NCBI GenBank assembly: GCA_052426225.1
Contig: JBNJNM010000008.1
Coordinates: forward strand, 1,798,001-1,862,000
DNA: 64,000 bases
Reading direction: 5' to 3'
From: Zancudomyces culisetae HAW-14-8
Lineage: Eukaryota > Fungi > Kickxellomycota
In this document: piece after piece, positions 12,071 to 23,169 of the stretch
How positions within the stretch are numbered: position 1 is the first letter of the stretch
How the letters are laid out: the number at the start of each line of letters is the position of its first letter
The notes under the pieces: generated by a model
Told to the model about the DNA's origin: nothing
Database searches by the model: none
The model's input: the letters and a program-made list of their open reading frames with translations, nothing else
Program-made: the position numbers and the translations under genes

Positions 12071-13095
12071 CTACAGTTCAAAGTTTATCATCATGGGCTT
12101 TGCCACTTCTCTCATCACCTCCTCCCCCTTCATTAGTCTAACTATCTGCAATGCGAATTCAAGTGCTGTGCCTGGCCCTCGACTATTGTATTTCAATTTT
12201 TAATATTCAATTATACTATCACCAATCAATCTATTCTCTCTCGCTATCTTTAAAAAAAAATAATAAAATTAAACAAAATCTTCAACTTACCTAGTAATCA
12301 AGTGGTCTTCAATAACAACACGATCTTCACAATACTCGAATACCTGTTCGAGTTCAAATCGGACCGAGGGATGTGAGGTAATTCGAATCTTGGTGCCCTT
12401 TTTCGTATGGATACCAGCATGTTTGATTGCAAGCGGTCCTGCACAAATCGAGGCTACAATCTTACCTTGTGCATAGAAATCTGCAAGAATCCGCTGCACC
12501 ATGTCGTTTTCCGCCAGAATCCGTGCTCCTGGCAATCCTCCTGGCACAATCACCGCCCCATAACTATTAATATCAACTGCATCCTCATCAAGTATCGCAT
12601 CTGGAACAAGCCGCACTTTTCGACTACATGTCACAACTCCTTGCAGCACATTGCTACGTCTTGTAAATGAACCAGGTTGTTGTGTAACTGCTGTTGTTTC
12701 CGATGTTTGTATTGACGCCGCTCCTATTATTGTTGCGGTGCTTGTCTCTGCTTGTCCCGCCATACTGTTGCCACTACTACTGTTATTGTTTGGCCCACCT
12801 GCCGAGACTGCCGAGACTGCTGCTGCTGCCGCTGCTGTATCGTATTGTGCAATTGTATCGTCGTCTGCATTTACCCCCATTACTAGTACATGAATCCCTG
12901 CCCGCCTTAGCACATCAACTATATTTTCATATTATTTATATACCTATTTATTTGTCACTGTTTTTTGTCTTTTGTCTTTTTTTTTTTTGCATATCTAAAA
13001 TTGTTCAGTTAAAATTTACTGCTTATAACGGCTTCCATCTCTTCGCTCCCATATGTAACAAACACTATTGCCCTGTTTTCCACTTGTTTTGCCAT
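12071..13095 (-). CDS. DJ-1/PfpI (ThiJ) family protein, 3 exons
   Basis: MAKQVENRAIVFVTYGSEEMEAVIS/IDVLRRAGI..VPGGLPGA..ICAGP..TSHPSV..LIT/SRGPGTALEFALQIV; catalytic Glu and Cys present. Confidence 0.93.
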
Positions 13096-14109
13096 CTTTT
13101 ACTTTTGTATAATGATTGCAATAAAACAGAATCACTTTTTCCCTCTCTGACTTTTTGCCCTTTGCCTTTGCCTTTGTCTCTGCTTCTTTTTCTATTTGTT
13201 TCCTTTTTTTTTTGCAAAGCTTTATATTAAATTTTTTTTTTTTGCGTGTCTGAGTTTTTTCTGTGGTTTAAATATAATCAAATACTTTTTATTGAAGGTT
13301 CCATTTAAATGGATGTGGAAAATTGAACACTGCCAATTATTTATAACCCATATTTTTTCATGTATTTTTTTTATTAAAGAAAAGTAACATTAATAATAGA
13401 ATAATAATAAGTAATTAAAGGTTAAAACATTGCCTATCAATATCTAATATGTTTGTACCGCATTATTAGTACTACTTTTTATCTTTTCGCCATAATAATT
13501 ACGCAACATATAAGGGAAAAAAAACAAAAATGGAGGTTTTTTTTTATCTTTGCATACTTTCTAATCTATTGCCTCTATAAAAGTATTCTATTAACTTTTA
13601 CAAACCTTTTTAGTAATTATTTACATGCATATTGCAATGTAAAATATAGTTTGGTTCCTTTATTTACGTTCTTTTATTTGTGCTTAATCACCTCTTAATT
13701 CAGAATGTAAAGCTTAAATGGTAAACACGACTCTTTTACTATTATATTTTTTTTACTCTACTTTATTTTAGGTAAAAAACATTTATAAATACATTCCCGG
13801 TATTTTACCAACAACAACAAAAAAATACAAGGCAAATATAACACATTTTCCAGCTGCAAATAATCAACAATTGGTAATGTAAAGCAATTGTAGTTATACT
13901 TGTTCATGCACACTTTGTTTATTATTTTTTTTCCTTTTTTTCCTTTTCTTGCTTGGTTCCTCTTCCTTTGATAAACTGGTATGCTGTCATTCTCTTTGAT
14001 CTTAAACTTGAGCTAACCCTTATCCCTTCTCCTCACCCATTTACTAACTCATCCATCCATTCATGCATCCACACATACACCTATAAACTCATCTGTCCAT
14101 ACACACAAC

Positions 14110-14120
14110 ACATACATACA

Positions 14121-14156
<36 letters not shown>

Positions 14157-14161
14157 TATAT
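14110..14161. repeat. (ACAT)n followed by (AT)n microsatellite
   Basis: Read directly. Confidence 0.9.
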
Positions 14162-15439
14162 TGGCTTTTTTTACAACGCACAAAGACTAGTTAAATCAAT
14201 TTCCATCTATAACTTGCAAATGTTCCCACAAAATAAATTGCAGCGATATTCCATCACTTTACCAACATACATCATCAACTGTTGCGTGTTTGTTTCAACG
14301 GTATAGGGAAAAGATAATAGCTGCAATTATTTTTTTTTCAAAATAAATATATATCCCATACACGTATTAATGGCTACAATTTCTGCTTTTTATAAATAGT
14401 TTACCTATTATCAAGTAAATAACCTGGTATTTAACACAAATGTACCTACATTTCCGGGAAAGAAAGTATAAGGAACTAACCAATAGGAATCATTATCCAT
14501 TTAATTAGTTAGTATATAAACCTTTACCAAAGCTTACTAGTAAACTTTAAGTCTTTTAATCTCGTTTATTTAGTATCTATACTATTACAATAAAGACAAT
14601 CATAACAGAAAGGTAAGGTGAGAATGAAGATGAAGGAGAGGGTGAAGATGAAGGTGAGAGTGATTGTAGACTTTTTTTTCACAGCTAAATAAGTGGCAAT
14701 GTTATCAGCAAAAAAAAGCTCATACATACCAACATCCCTCCTCCTTATTCCTCTCCTTTTGTAAATACATCTCGTCTTTCACTCCTTTTTTTTTTGTTTA
14801 CATCTACATTTAAATTCATGTTATTTTCTTGGGCATGTGATGTTTTTACACACTAACATAAAAAATAAAAAACTAGGAGAAAAATCATGTTTACTAGGCG
14901 CATAGTTGATGGTATATTTTATCTATCCAACGCATTTGGTATTCTGAGCATAATTCCCTTTGAATCATGTTTTAATCCATCTACTCTCCCCCTAAAAAGA
15001 CAATATTGTGATGCTCAGTAATCACACCACCACACCACCAAACGACAGTCCCAATAATCACCGTTCTTCCTCTACATCCCCTCCCTGCTACATTGTTGAT
15101 TCAAGGACTTTCCTTTTTTGCTTTTATTATTGTTACTATTGTTGTTGTTAGTACTATTTTTATCATTATGAAACCAGCATAATTTTACTATGATTTCCCT
15201 TTTCGGGGATTAGTAAGCACACTCCTCCCCTCCTCCCCTCCCATGTGAATATATCCATTTAATTTACGCAACTATGTTTACAGATGGATTAGGCTGAAAC
15301 ATGGGTGTTTTTTTTTTGCTTTTTTTTTTCGCTTCTGTAAAAAAAAACATAATGGACAAATAAAAATAAGTTGAATGGGATATAATTTATATGCGAAAAG
15401 CCATAAAGGCTAAAAAGCTCATACTTACTACAATGTTGG

Positions 15440-16531
15440 TCAAAACAAAAAAATATTTGAAATCAAAACTGACGTAACCAGTTTCAAAAATAAATTAACT
15501 GGGCGCAAGCTAGACCTTAGACTGGGAGAGGATCCAAACATTAAATCAGAATCAGGAATGGACATCGTGGAATAATCGGGTGTGGGCCTTGGCTTTCTAT
15601 CCAAAAGATACGTTGCGTTAAGCCCAGTGACCTCCACAATCCAATCTATATAGTTGTATGCATGGGTGAAGTAGTTGGTTGACCCATTAGTACCGTGTAT
15701 AATATTTGTGGAGTTTGGAGGAACACCAAGCCCACTCGCCACTCCAACAAGCAACGTACTACCGTTATGGGTGTATGTTAGCGGTCCTCCAGCATCTCCA
15801 TTATATATACTTTTATCATTCTCGACTACTGTACAAATTATACTCCCGTTGTTGTCTGACCAGCTGGTGTTTCCTTGTTTACAAACATCTGAAGATGATG
15901 GTGATACAGATATTTTCGTTAAGTTGACAGATAATTCGATTGGCTCCTCAGTCGATATACGACCCCAGCCCGCTGCAACCAACTGCAATTCATCCGTAAT
16001 TTTTTCACTATACAACGCTATGGGCGTGGCAATGTCTGATGGTACTGGTGATATTAATTGAATTATTCCTATACTATTCATGTCATTAACAACAGTAAAG
16101 TCTGGATGAAGGTACGTGTTTTTTCCACGTATCGTTGGTATAAATGTTTCCAAGACATTGATATTGGTTCCAAACGAAACCTCGATGTTACCAGCCGGAA
16201 CCAGCGTGACATTATCTTTTGCGATAAGGCAATCTGCTGAAGTTAACACCATAGTTTCCGATATCAATGAACCTGTACAAATTCTGGCGTTACTTGCAAA
16301 TTGGGACAATATGCTTCCAATATATGGAAACTCCTGTATATTTGCTGATTGCCCGCCTATAATTCGTGCATTGCCTTGGAAACTTGCTCTAGTATTCTCT
16401 GCTGCCTTATTGTTGAGGTTTACACTATTCGTTGTAACTGCGTTTACCTGGTTTGAGCAAAAGGGTATAAAAGCAACCGTCAATGTTGTTGCTACGGCTT
16501 TTAGCATCGAGTATTTAGTACATGAAATCAT
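15440..16531 (-). CDS. Trypsin-fold (S1) serine protease homologue, probably inactive; secreted and possibly GPI-anchored
   Basis: R-IIGG activation site, CTGSLI, AAGWG; triad motifs altered to LTSADC, NSIGII, GDAGGP; hydrophobic N- and C-termini. Confidence 0.88.
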   Translation of the reverse strand: MISCTKYSMLKAVATTLTVAFIPFCSNQVNAVTTNSVNLNNKAAENTRASFQGNARIIGGQSANIQEFPYIGSILSQFASNARICTGSLISETMVLTSADCLIAKDNVTLVPAGNIEVSFGTNINVLETFIPTIRGKNTYLHPDFTVVNDMNSIGIIQLISPVPSDIATPIALYSEKITDELQLVAAGWGRISTEEPIELSVNLTKISVSPSSSDVCKQGNTSWSDNNGSIICTVVENDKSIYNGDAGGPLTYTHNGSTLLVGVASGLGVPPNSTNIIHGTNGSTNYFTHAYNYIDWIVEVTGLNATYLLDRKPRPTPDYSTMSIPDSDLMFGSSPSLRSSLRPVNLFLKLVTSVLISNIFLF

Positions 16532-17961
16532 ATTATATAGCTTGCATTTGTAATAAATATATATTTGTTAAGGGAGAGTAAAAAAGTAGAATTAAGCAAT
16601 GGGTGGCAAGGATCTTCAGTTCTGATCATTCCACTTTTATGTTTCGCTTCGGCTATAATACATTTTCATTTCCAATTTAATATCCATCTTAATTTCCACT
16701 CACTCCTTCCAGTTCCCTCCCCAATTCACTAATCTGGTTTTGGGATTGACTTTTTCAATTAAACAAATTTCGGCTATTTACAATTGGCTCGCTAGGGTTG
16801 TAGCTAAACAAGTTTTATTTCGATTGCAAAAGAGGTATAATTGTGGGATATTTGATTATGAATTCAAAGGTTCCGGATTGGATTATGCATGCACTATTTA
16901 AATATGCACATACTTAATAGGTGTTGATATTAATTAGCCCAAATGCCATTGGTGCACATATACGTATTATTGGGTGGTCTAAACTCTTACTTAGTGAAAT
17001 GCAATATTAAAATACACAATATACACAAAAACTACAACGAAATAAATCAACAACTGATCACACCATGTTGGGTATAGCCTAAGAAAAAAATTTAAAAATA
17101 TTCTGCATCGTGTTTATCTTTTTTTTTCTTTGTTTTCTGGTGATGGTGGTTTTATGCGTGTAACACGATCAAAAATACAAAGTAAGAAATGGTATGATCT
17201 TAATCAGTATTGATCTGTTAGATTATTTAAGATTGAAATACCGTGGTGGTTTGATAAAACTCTCATAAGCCGGATTAATTTTCATCTATCAAAAAACAAC
17301 CCCATTTTCTCGAAAACATTTGCTAAACCCAACACTCATCGTGGATTATCTTGTAAGCACTTTATAAACATTTCAGTTTAGTTTAGTTTGGCTTGACTCG
17401 ACTTTGTTTTATCTTTTTATTGTTCTCACACACTGTCTTTTTTTTCATAGTGTTTTGTTCCCATCTATAACGGTAGATATAACAATCTATTTGATGCTCA
17501 AGACAAATGGTATTCTTTTGTACATTTTTGAAGTGAACTTTGTCTGATATTTTTATTTGGATGTGTAGTACACAGATGCCAAGTACTCCCCGTCCCTCCC
17601 CCCAACAAAATTTTGATGCTGTCCACACTAGCTGGCAAAAAAAATTTTTTTTTTCTAGATTCAACCAAGAAAATTGAATATTTTGCCAAGAGATTCAAGG
17701 AATATTCGAACGAAAATCCACTGATGCCAACAATTCAAATTCAAGCGTGGCACTACAATATAAAAACCAAGTAAAAAAAAAGTAAGGCCTTCTAAAGCGC
17801 ATTTACACAGCTTTTTCTAGAATGTTTTTTTCCTGTGACTTTTTGTCGGATTTGTACAAATATATAAGACCCCAGAAACTCCCAATTTGTTTCTCTATTC
17901 AAAGTGGTTGGAGTTATTCAAAACGAAAAATATATTAAAGCTAAAAAAATACAAAAACAAA

Positions 17962-18249
17962 ATGCATGAAAGAAATATTTCAGAACCAAACATTTTTTTG
18001 GGAAAAGTTGGTCATGGTATTCAAAAAGTTATCGAGTACAGTTTTGGTTCCAAAAAGCACCGAGTGAAAAACAGAAGTGCGGACATACTGGATATGGAAT
18101 TCACAATGATGCATATGAAAAAACAAACCATGAAGGCCATAGAGGCCAGAAAACTCGGCTATCCCGTTGCAATAACATGCGAGTATAACTGTATCTGGTG
18201 TCGTAAAAATCTTTCTGAACTGGTTACAGGCAAACCCTCATACAACTAG
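17962..18249 (+). CDS. Small basic 95-aa hypothetical protein with C-terminal CxxxCxxC (variant A)
   Basis: Frame, ATG and stop conserved against the diverged copy; whole-codon indels and synonymous changes; TATATAA at 17861; AATAAA at ~18480. Confidence 0.75.
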   Translation: MHERNISEPNIFLGKVGHGIQKVIEYSFGSKKHRVKNRSADILDMEFTMMHMKKQTMKAIEARKLGYPVAITCEYNCIWCRKNLSELVTGKPSYN

Positions 18250-18923
18250 CTCTTCGAATGGGAAGGAAGAGGGGTACACCCACGATTACCACCAAAAGGG
18301 TAACTCAATGGCAGAGTGGGATGTACGTGTAAAGCTTTAGCATTTGGCAGACCCAGAGGATGTTGTTAAAAACTAAGGATTCGTGATGTATTTATAGTTC
18401 GCGGTTGCTCTTTTTTGTTCAATATGAATTCTATTAGTTTTCATTTGCGGGTAGCTTATTTAGCGTGTATTCTATTAGTAATAAACATTTTTTTTGTAAT
18501 TAGTTCTTTGTCCCCCCTTGCCTCCTTGTGATATTTAAGTATTTATAACAAACATGTGGAAGCTTTCAACAGTTAGCAAAAAAAAACCTTCTAACATACA
18601 TTGAATAGGAAGAATGAATGAAAAAAAGTGACCAAAGTATCCAATTTTCATATGCGTTTCTAAATATTTTGTTTTGGATTGATTGGTAAATATTTTGGTT
18701 AGGGCTAACGCAGTGATCATCAAGCTCAAGTTTGAAACTCTTTTTTGGGTTTTTTCATTTTGCATGGTTTCAGGAGGGTAATGGCGTTTATCTGTTTGTT
18801 ATCTTTTGAGTTCAAATTGTTGATATACTGCTTAGCCGTCTTTGGTGAACTCGAACGTAGACATTCTGTGTGTTAAATAAACTGACTCTCTTTCTTGTAG
18901 AAATAACCTATACGTTACCTAAA

Positions 18924-19413
18924 ATGTCAGAGCTGGACCAGCAGTATATACAGGAAGTTCAAGAGATATTCCAAATCAAAGGTAATAGCTTCTACCAATC
19001 GAAAAAGTGATAGAATAGGATAAGAAAGAAGAGGAGAGAGGGGGGCCCGCTTGTTATTTTCATTAAAAATATATTGCATATAACATATAAACAATAAACT
19101 TATCTTTATACTGCATTTGCGTAGATATCGGGAATTGCAAATTTCATTCCGAAAATGACTGGAATACTGGGTTTTATAATATGTATGGTACGTGCGCGTA
19201 TTTATCCATCTCATGTCACATATTTTTTTATAGTAGTAAAGTGAAACGCAAGTATTTACTTGCTCATGAAAGCAGTGCACTTTTACTTGAACCCTTTATA
19301 CAAGCGATTTTAAAATATGAAAAAATGAAATTTCACATATGATAGGTGGGCAACTGATAGCTCAAAGCCTAGCAGCCGCCGCATTAACAGTTAAACCCGA
19401 ATTTATTCTTCAT
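18924..19413 (+). pseudogene. Truncated copy (exons 1-3) of the thioesterase gene at 38394
   Basis: MSELDQQYIQEVQEIFQIK/DIGNCKFHSENDW..MYG/GQLIAQSL..ILH, then runs into LTR sequence within intron 3. Confidence 0.88.
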
Positions 19414-19522
19414 GTACGTCATCTTTACCCTCTTAAATTTATGATTGGCTTTATTTCAATAGTATAGATACTAAATAATCTAGATTAAAAGACTTAAAGT
19501 TTACTAATTGTCACGACTTGAC

Positions 19523-19925
19523 TGTCAGGACCTGACACTAAGTACTATAATTATAACTTGATACTTGATTTATTAAATAAAATACTATCGAATGAAAGTA
19601 TTTTATTGCTAAAGATCTTCTTTGCAATAAAATTCTTTCATTTATATAATTTACCAAAACAGAATTATAAAACGTAAAATAAAACTTAATCAAAATGAAA
19701 CAGGAGAATGTTCAAACTAAAACATTGTAAATATTTTAACTGCTATATTTTTATGAATTGCAGATGTTGAAAAATTCTCCACAACGGGTAAAATATTTAA
19801 TAAGTTTTTACAAATAAATTCATTTGAGGATGAATTTAATTTGTGTCGAGAATGTTAAATAAATTTATATATACTATTTTTAAGTGAAATTAAAAATAGC
19901 AGTTATGACATGATAAATCATGACA
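19523..19925 (-). repeat. 3' LTR of element A
   Basis: TGTCAGGACCTGACACTAAGTACTA...ATCATGACA, adjacent to the PPT. Confidence 0.9.
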
Positions 19926-19946
19926 TCACTTCCCTCTAATGCCTTT

Positions 19947-21824
19947 TCATGGTCCAGGCTTATTCGGATATGCTATATGAAAATCAGTAACTAAATCAGG
20001 GGCATGGACATCAGTAGCGTCTTCCCATGCTCTATCCTCTGGCGCATATCCTTTCCAGCCGATTAGATATTTCAATTTACCTTTGGATATTTTAGAGTCG
20101 AGTATAGCAGATACTTCGTACTCTTCTTGGTTATCAACAATAACAGGTGGAGGTGGTAGTTCTTGAATACGGTTAAACATTTCAGTGGCCTTGTATGGTT
20201 TCAAGAGTGATACATGAAATACAGGGTGTATTCTTATGGTTGCAGGAAGTTTGAGTCTTTCTGCTACTGGGTTAACCATCTCAATGATTTCAAATGGGCC
20301 GATGTATTTGAAATCCAGTTTTTGAAATGGTCTCATGGTTTTAATGTAAGTTTGTGATAACAAAACCTTATCACCAGCAGTAAATGTAACTTGAGGGTTT
20401 CTTTTGCGATCAGCAAACCTCTTGTAATTGTCTTTGGATTTATTCTGATATATTTTTAATTCATCTTGAAGTGACTTAAGATGATTTTCAAATGCTTGAG
20501 CACTTAGTACATTGGAATCATTGAGGTGGCTAATAATAAACTGGGGATCATACCCATAATTAGCATGGAATGGACTGACTTTAGTACTAGAATGAGTTGC
20601 GTTGTTATACGCAAACTCAGCCATTGGGAGCAACTGACACCAATTATCTTGTTGATAGTTAACAAAACACCTCAAATACTGTTCAAGTATTTGATTGATG
20701 CGTTCAGTTTGACCATCAGATTGTGGGTGGTATGCAGTAGAGTGATGGAGTTTGATGTTTAGAAGTCGTGAGAGTTCGGTCCAAAACTTGGATACAAACT
20801 GTGGACCACGATCGGAGACAATGCTACTTGGAAGTCTATGTAGTTTAAATACATGATCCATAAAACTAGAAGCAGTAACAGAAGCAGATGGTGTACTTTT
20901 GAGTGGAATGAAATGAGCCATCTTGGTGAGGCGATTCACAACAACCAGTACAACAGTGTTGCCTTGTGAACGTGATAGTTCCACAATCAAATCCATTGAT
21001 ACTGATTCCCAAGGACGATTGGGAGTATTCAATGGCATTAAGAGTCCCGATGGCTTAGTAGAGATGTGTTTTGCTCGGTTGCAGGTATCGCAAGAGTCAA
21101 TGTAGTCTTTTATTGTGGCTTTCATGTTTGGCCACCAGAACTGACGTGAAACCAAGGACATGGTTTTAGCGTGGCCAAAATGACCAGCTGGCAGTGAGTC
21201 ATGACACATGGCAAGAACTTGAAGACGTATTGATACAGGAACAAACATCCTATCGTTGTACAATAAGATATTATCAGAACAGGAGACTTTTGAGTTGTTT
21301 AGAAGTTCTTGAGCTTGAGTATCAGATTCAGTAATTGCTTTGATTTGAGAAATGATATCACTAGTCTGGCTGGTGTCAATAGATGCAATTACAAACTTGG
21401 GTTGCCAGATAGATCTATCTTCAAGATTCACCCCCTCCTTATGCTCATCCTTCCTAGATAGAGCATCTGCTTTACCGTTTTGTGATCCTGGACAATAAGT
21501 AAGCTCGATATCAAACCGGGTTAGGAACAGGGCCCATCTTGCTTGACGCTGATTTAAAATCTTGGCGGAGCGGAAATACTCAAGATTCTTGTGGTCGGTG
21601 ATGACCAAAACCGGATGAGTGGCACCTTCTAGATGATGTCGCCACTGCTCGAGGGCACATTTGATGGCTAGAAGTTCCTTGTCATAGATGTGGTAGTTTC
21701 TTTCAGCAGGATTCAGCGTTCGGGAATAGAAAGCTACAGGATGAGTTTCGCCATTAATTTTCTGAGATAACACAGCTCCTAGAGCAAATTTGAATGCATC
21801 ACATTCGAGGAGAAACTGAGTTTC
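19947..21824 (-). pseudogene. Element A pol, 3' part: RNase H, integrase, chromodomain
   Basis: ECDA, DKELLAI, TDHKNL; HHCC zinc finger; D-D-E (SMD, SDRG, QTER); GPF; YEVSAILDS..YLIGWKGY..WE. Confidence 0.93.
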
Positions 21825-22728
21825 TGTCATGAATATGACATGAAAAGATTTTGAATTAGTATTGTTACAATACTGATTCAAAACACTCATTTTAATTGAA
21901 ACATTTTGTTGTTTTAATTATTTACTTAAGTAATGATACTAACACAAAACCATAATTATAATTATAACATTAATCTTACAATAGTTAATTATAATATTAG
22001 TACATGCTTTTATTAGTAATATTATTGAATATATAAAGTAATATTTTTTCGCTATGAAATCCTTATGTCACAGAACGAGTTTTATTAGTTAAACAGGTTG
22101 TAATTCTTAAGGAATTACAGCTAGGCAAATGTTATTAATTAAATACTAAGTAAATATTAGAATAATTGTTATGGGAGGTTAGATGTCACCTTATTGGCCA
22201 TGACATTATCCCCCTTTTAAAACCATTACAAAAGTGTTGTAAATATTTTTATGTTTATATTTATTTTATATTTTTATTTATAAGTTATTTAAATTAAAGA
22301 TAGATTTAAAGATTAATAAAGTTGTTAATAAAATTAATGTTTTGTTATAATGATATCTTTCACTTTTGTCAAAAATCTAGGGTTTATATAGTTTTATTTC
22401 TCCTTGATTCACATTCTCGTTTGTATCAGGTTTTGGAGTTTTTCTGACAAGTTTCACTAAATATTGTGTTTCTTATCTTCTTCCCCTTGTTTTATCTTGT
22501 TTTAACTACTCCTGATTAACATCTCATATCTTTTCCCCGTTTTTCACTAACGAGGTACATTGTAATTTATCATTAAGATAAATTACATTGATTTATTCTG
22601 AAACATAAAAGTGCGATGATAATAATAGACGGTAATAATACTAATAAAAATAATCAAATGTATGGGGAAAAACCCAGTGGGAAAAAATGTCCATACCTAT
22701 ACTATAAAAACTAATACGACAAAAGTAA

Positions 22729-22800
22729 TTGTGTTTGGCCTAGACGTAGGCTTCTCGCACTTTGCCCTAGTGGCCCGGGTTCGAATCCCGTTGAGTACGA
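22729..22800 (+). ncRNA. tRNA-derived (Gly/Glu-like) head with Pol III A- and B-box; not a canonical tRNA
   Basis: TGGCCTAG..TAGGC D-arm-like; GGCCCGGGTTCGAATCCCG T-arm with B box at 22778-22788; anticodon and acceptor stems do not pair properly. Confidence 0.7.
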
Positions 22801-23169
22801 TCCTCGGTGTAATTAATTATCGTAATTGTCAAGTGGTTTAGTCATCGGCAGGAATTTTATTGGTGTATGTGGGTTTCAGTGTCATAGTTACAATCTGGCT
22901 CCTCCAATAAATGACCGCTACGGTGATAAAACCCAAATTGTGTTTCACATGGCCCAAGACGGTTCCTTATCGGTAATAGTACTTTTATATTATTTTTATA
23001 TATGTTATATATATATATTGTTACTTTATATCCCATTTTTGTTATTCAAGTTGATGTTTTTTTTTGACTTTTTTATGAAATATATTTCAGTGTTCAATGT
23101 TTTTCTTATATTTTTGTTCTTAATTTTTGTTTTTGTTTTTTTTTTTTTTTTTTTTTTTAAAATTGATAG

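Larger units (their letters stand above)
17158..19432 (+). repeat. Segmental duplication, copy A (direct repeat of 36621-38902)
   Basis: Near-identical at offset 19463-19470 outside the central ORF; the same spurious ORFs appear twice in the ORF track. Confidence 0.97.

Noticed and set aside
17962-18249. Diversity-generating-retroelement-type mutagenesis of the small ORF by nearby RTs
   Set aside because: Differences involve all four bases plus codon indels, not adenine-specific changes; the RTs are ordinary Gypsy and LINE enzymes
17383-19280. Minus-strand ORFs (93, 66, 76 and 117 aa) repeated at 36846-38750
   Set aside because: Their identity simply reflects the DNA duplication; no motifs, and one is antisense to thioesterase exons
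21825-21890. ORF-track N-terminus of the 647-aa ORF, and the C-terminus of the 729-aa ORF at 28452-28506
   Set aside because: These are read-through into the inserted solo LTR, not part of Pol
22729-22800. Functional tRNA gene
   Set aside because: Anticodon and acceptor stems do not form and the D-loop lacks GG
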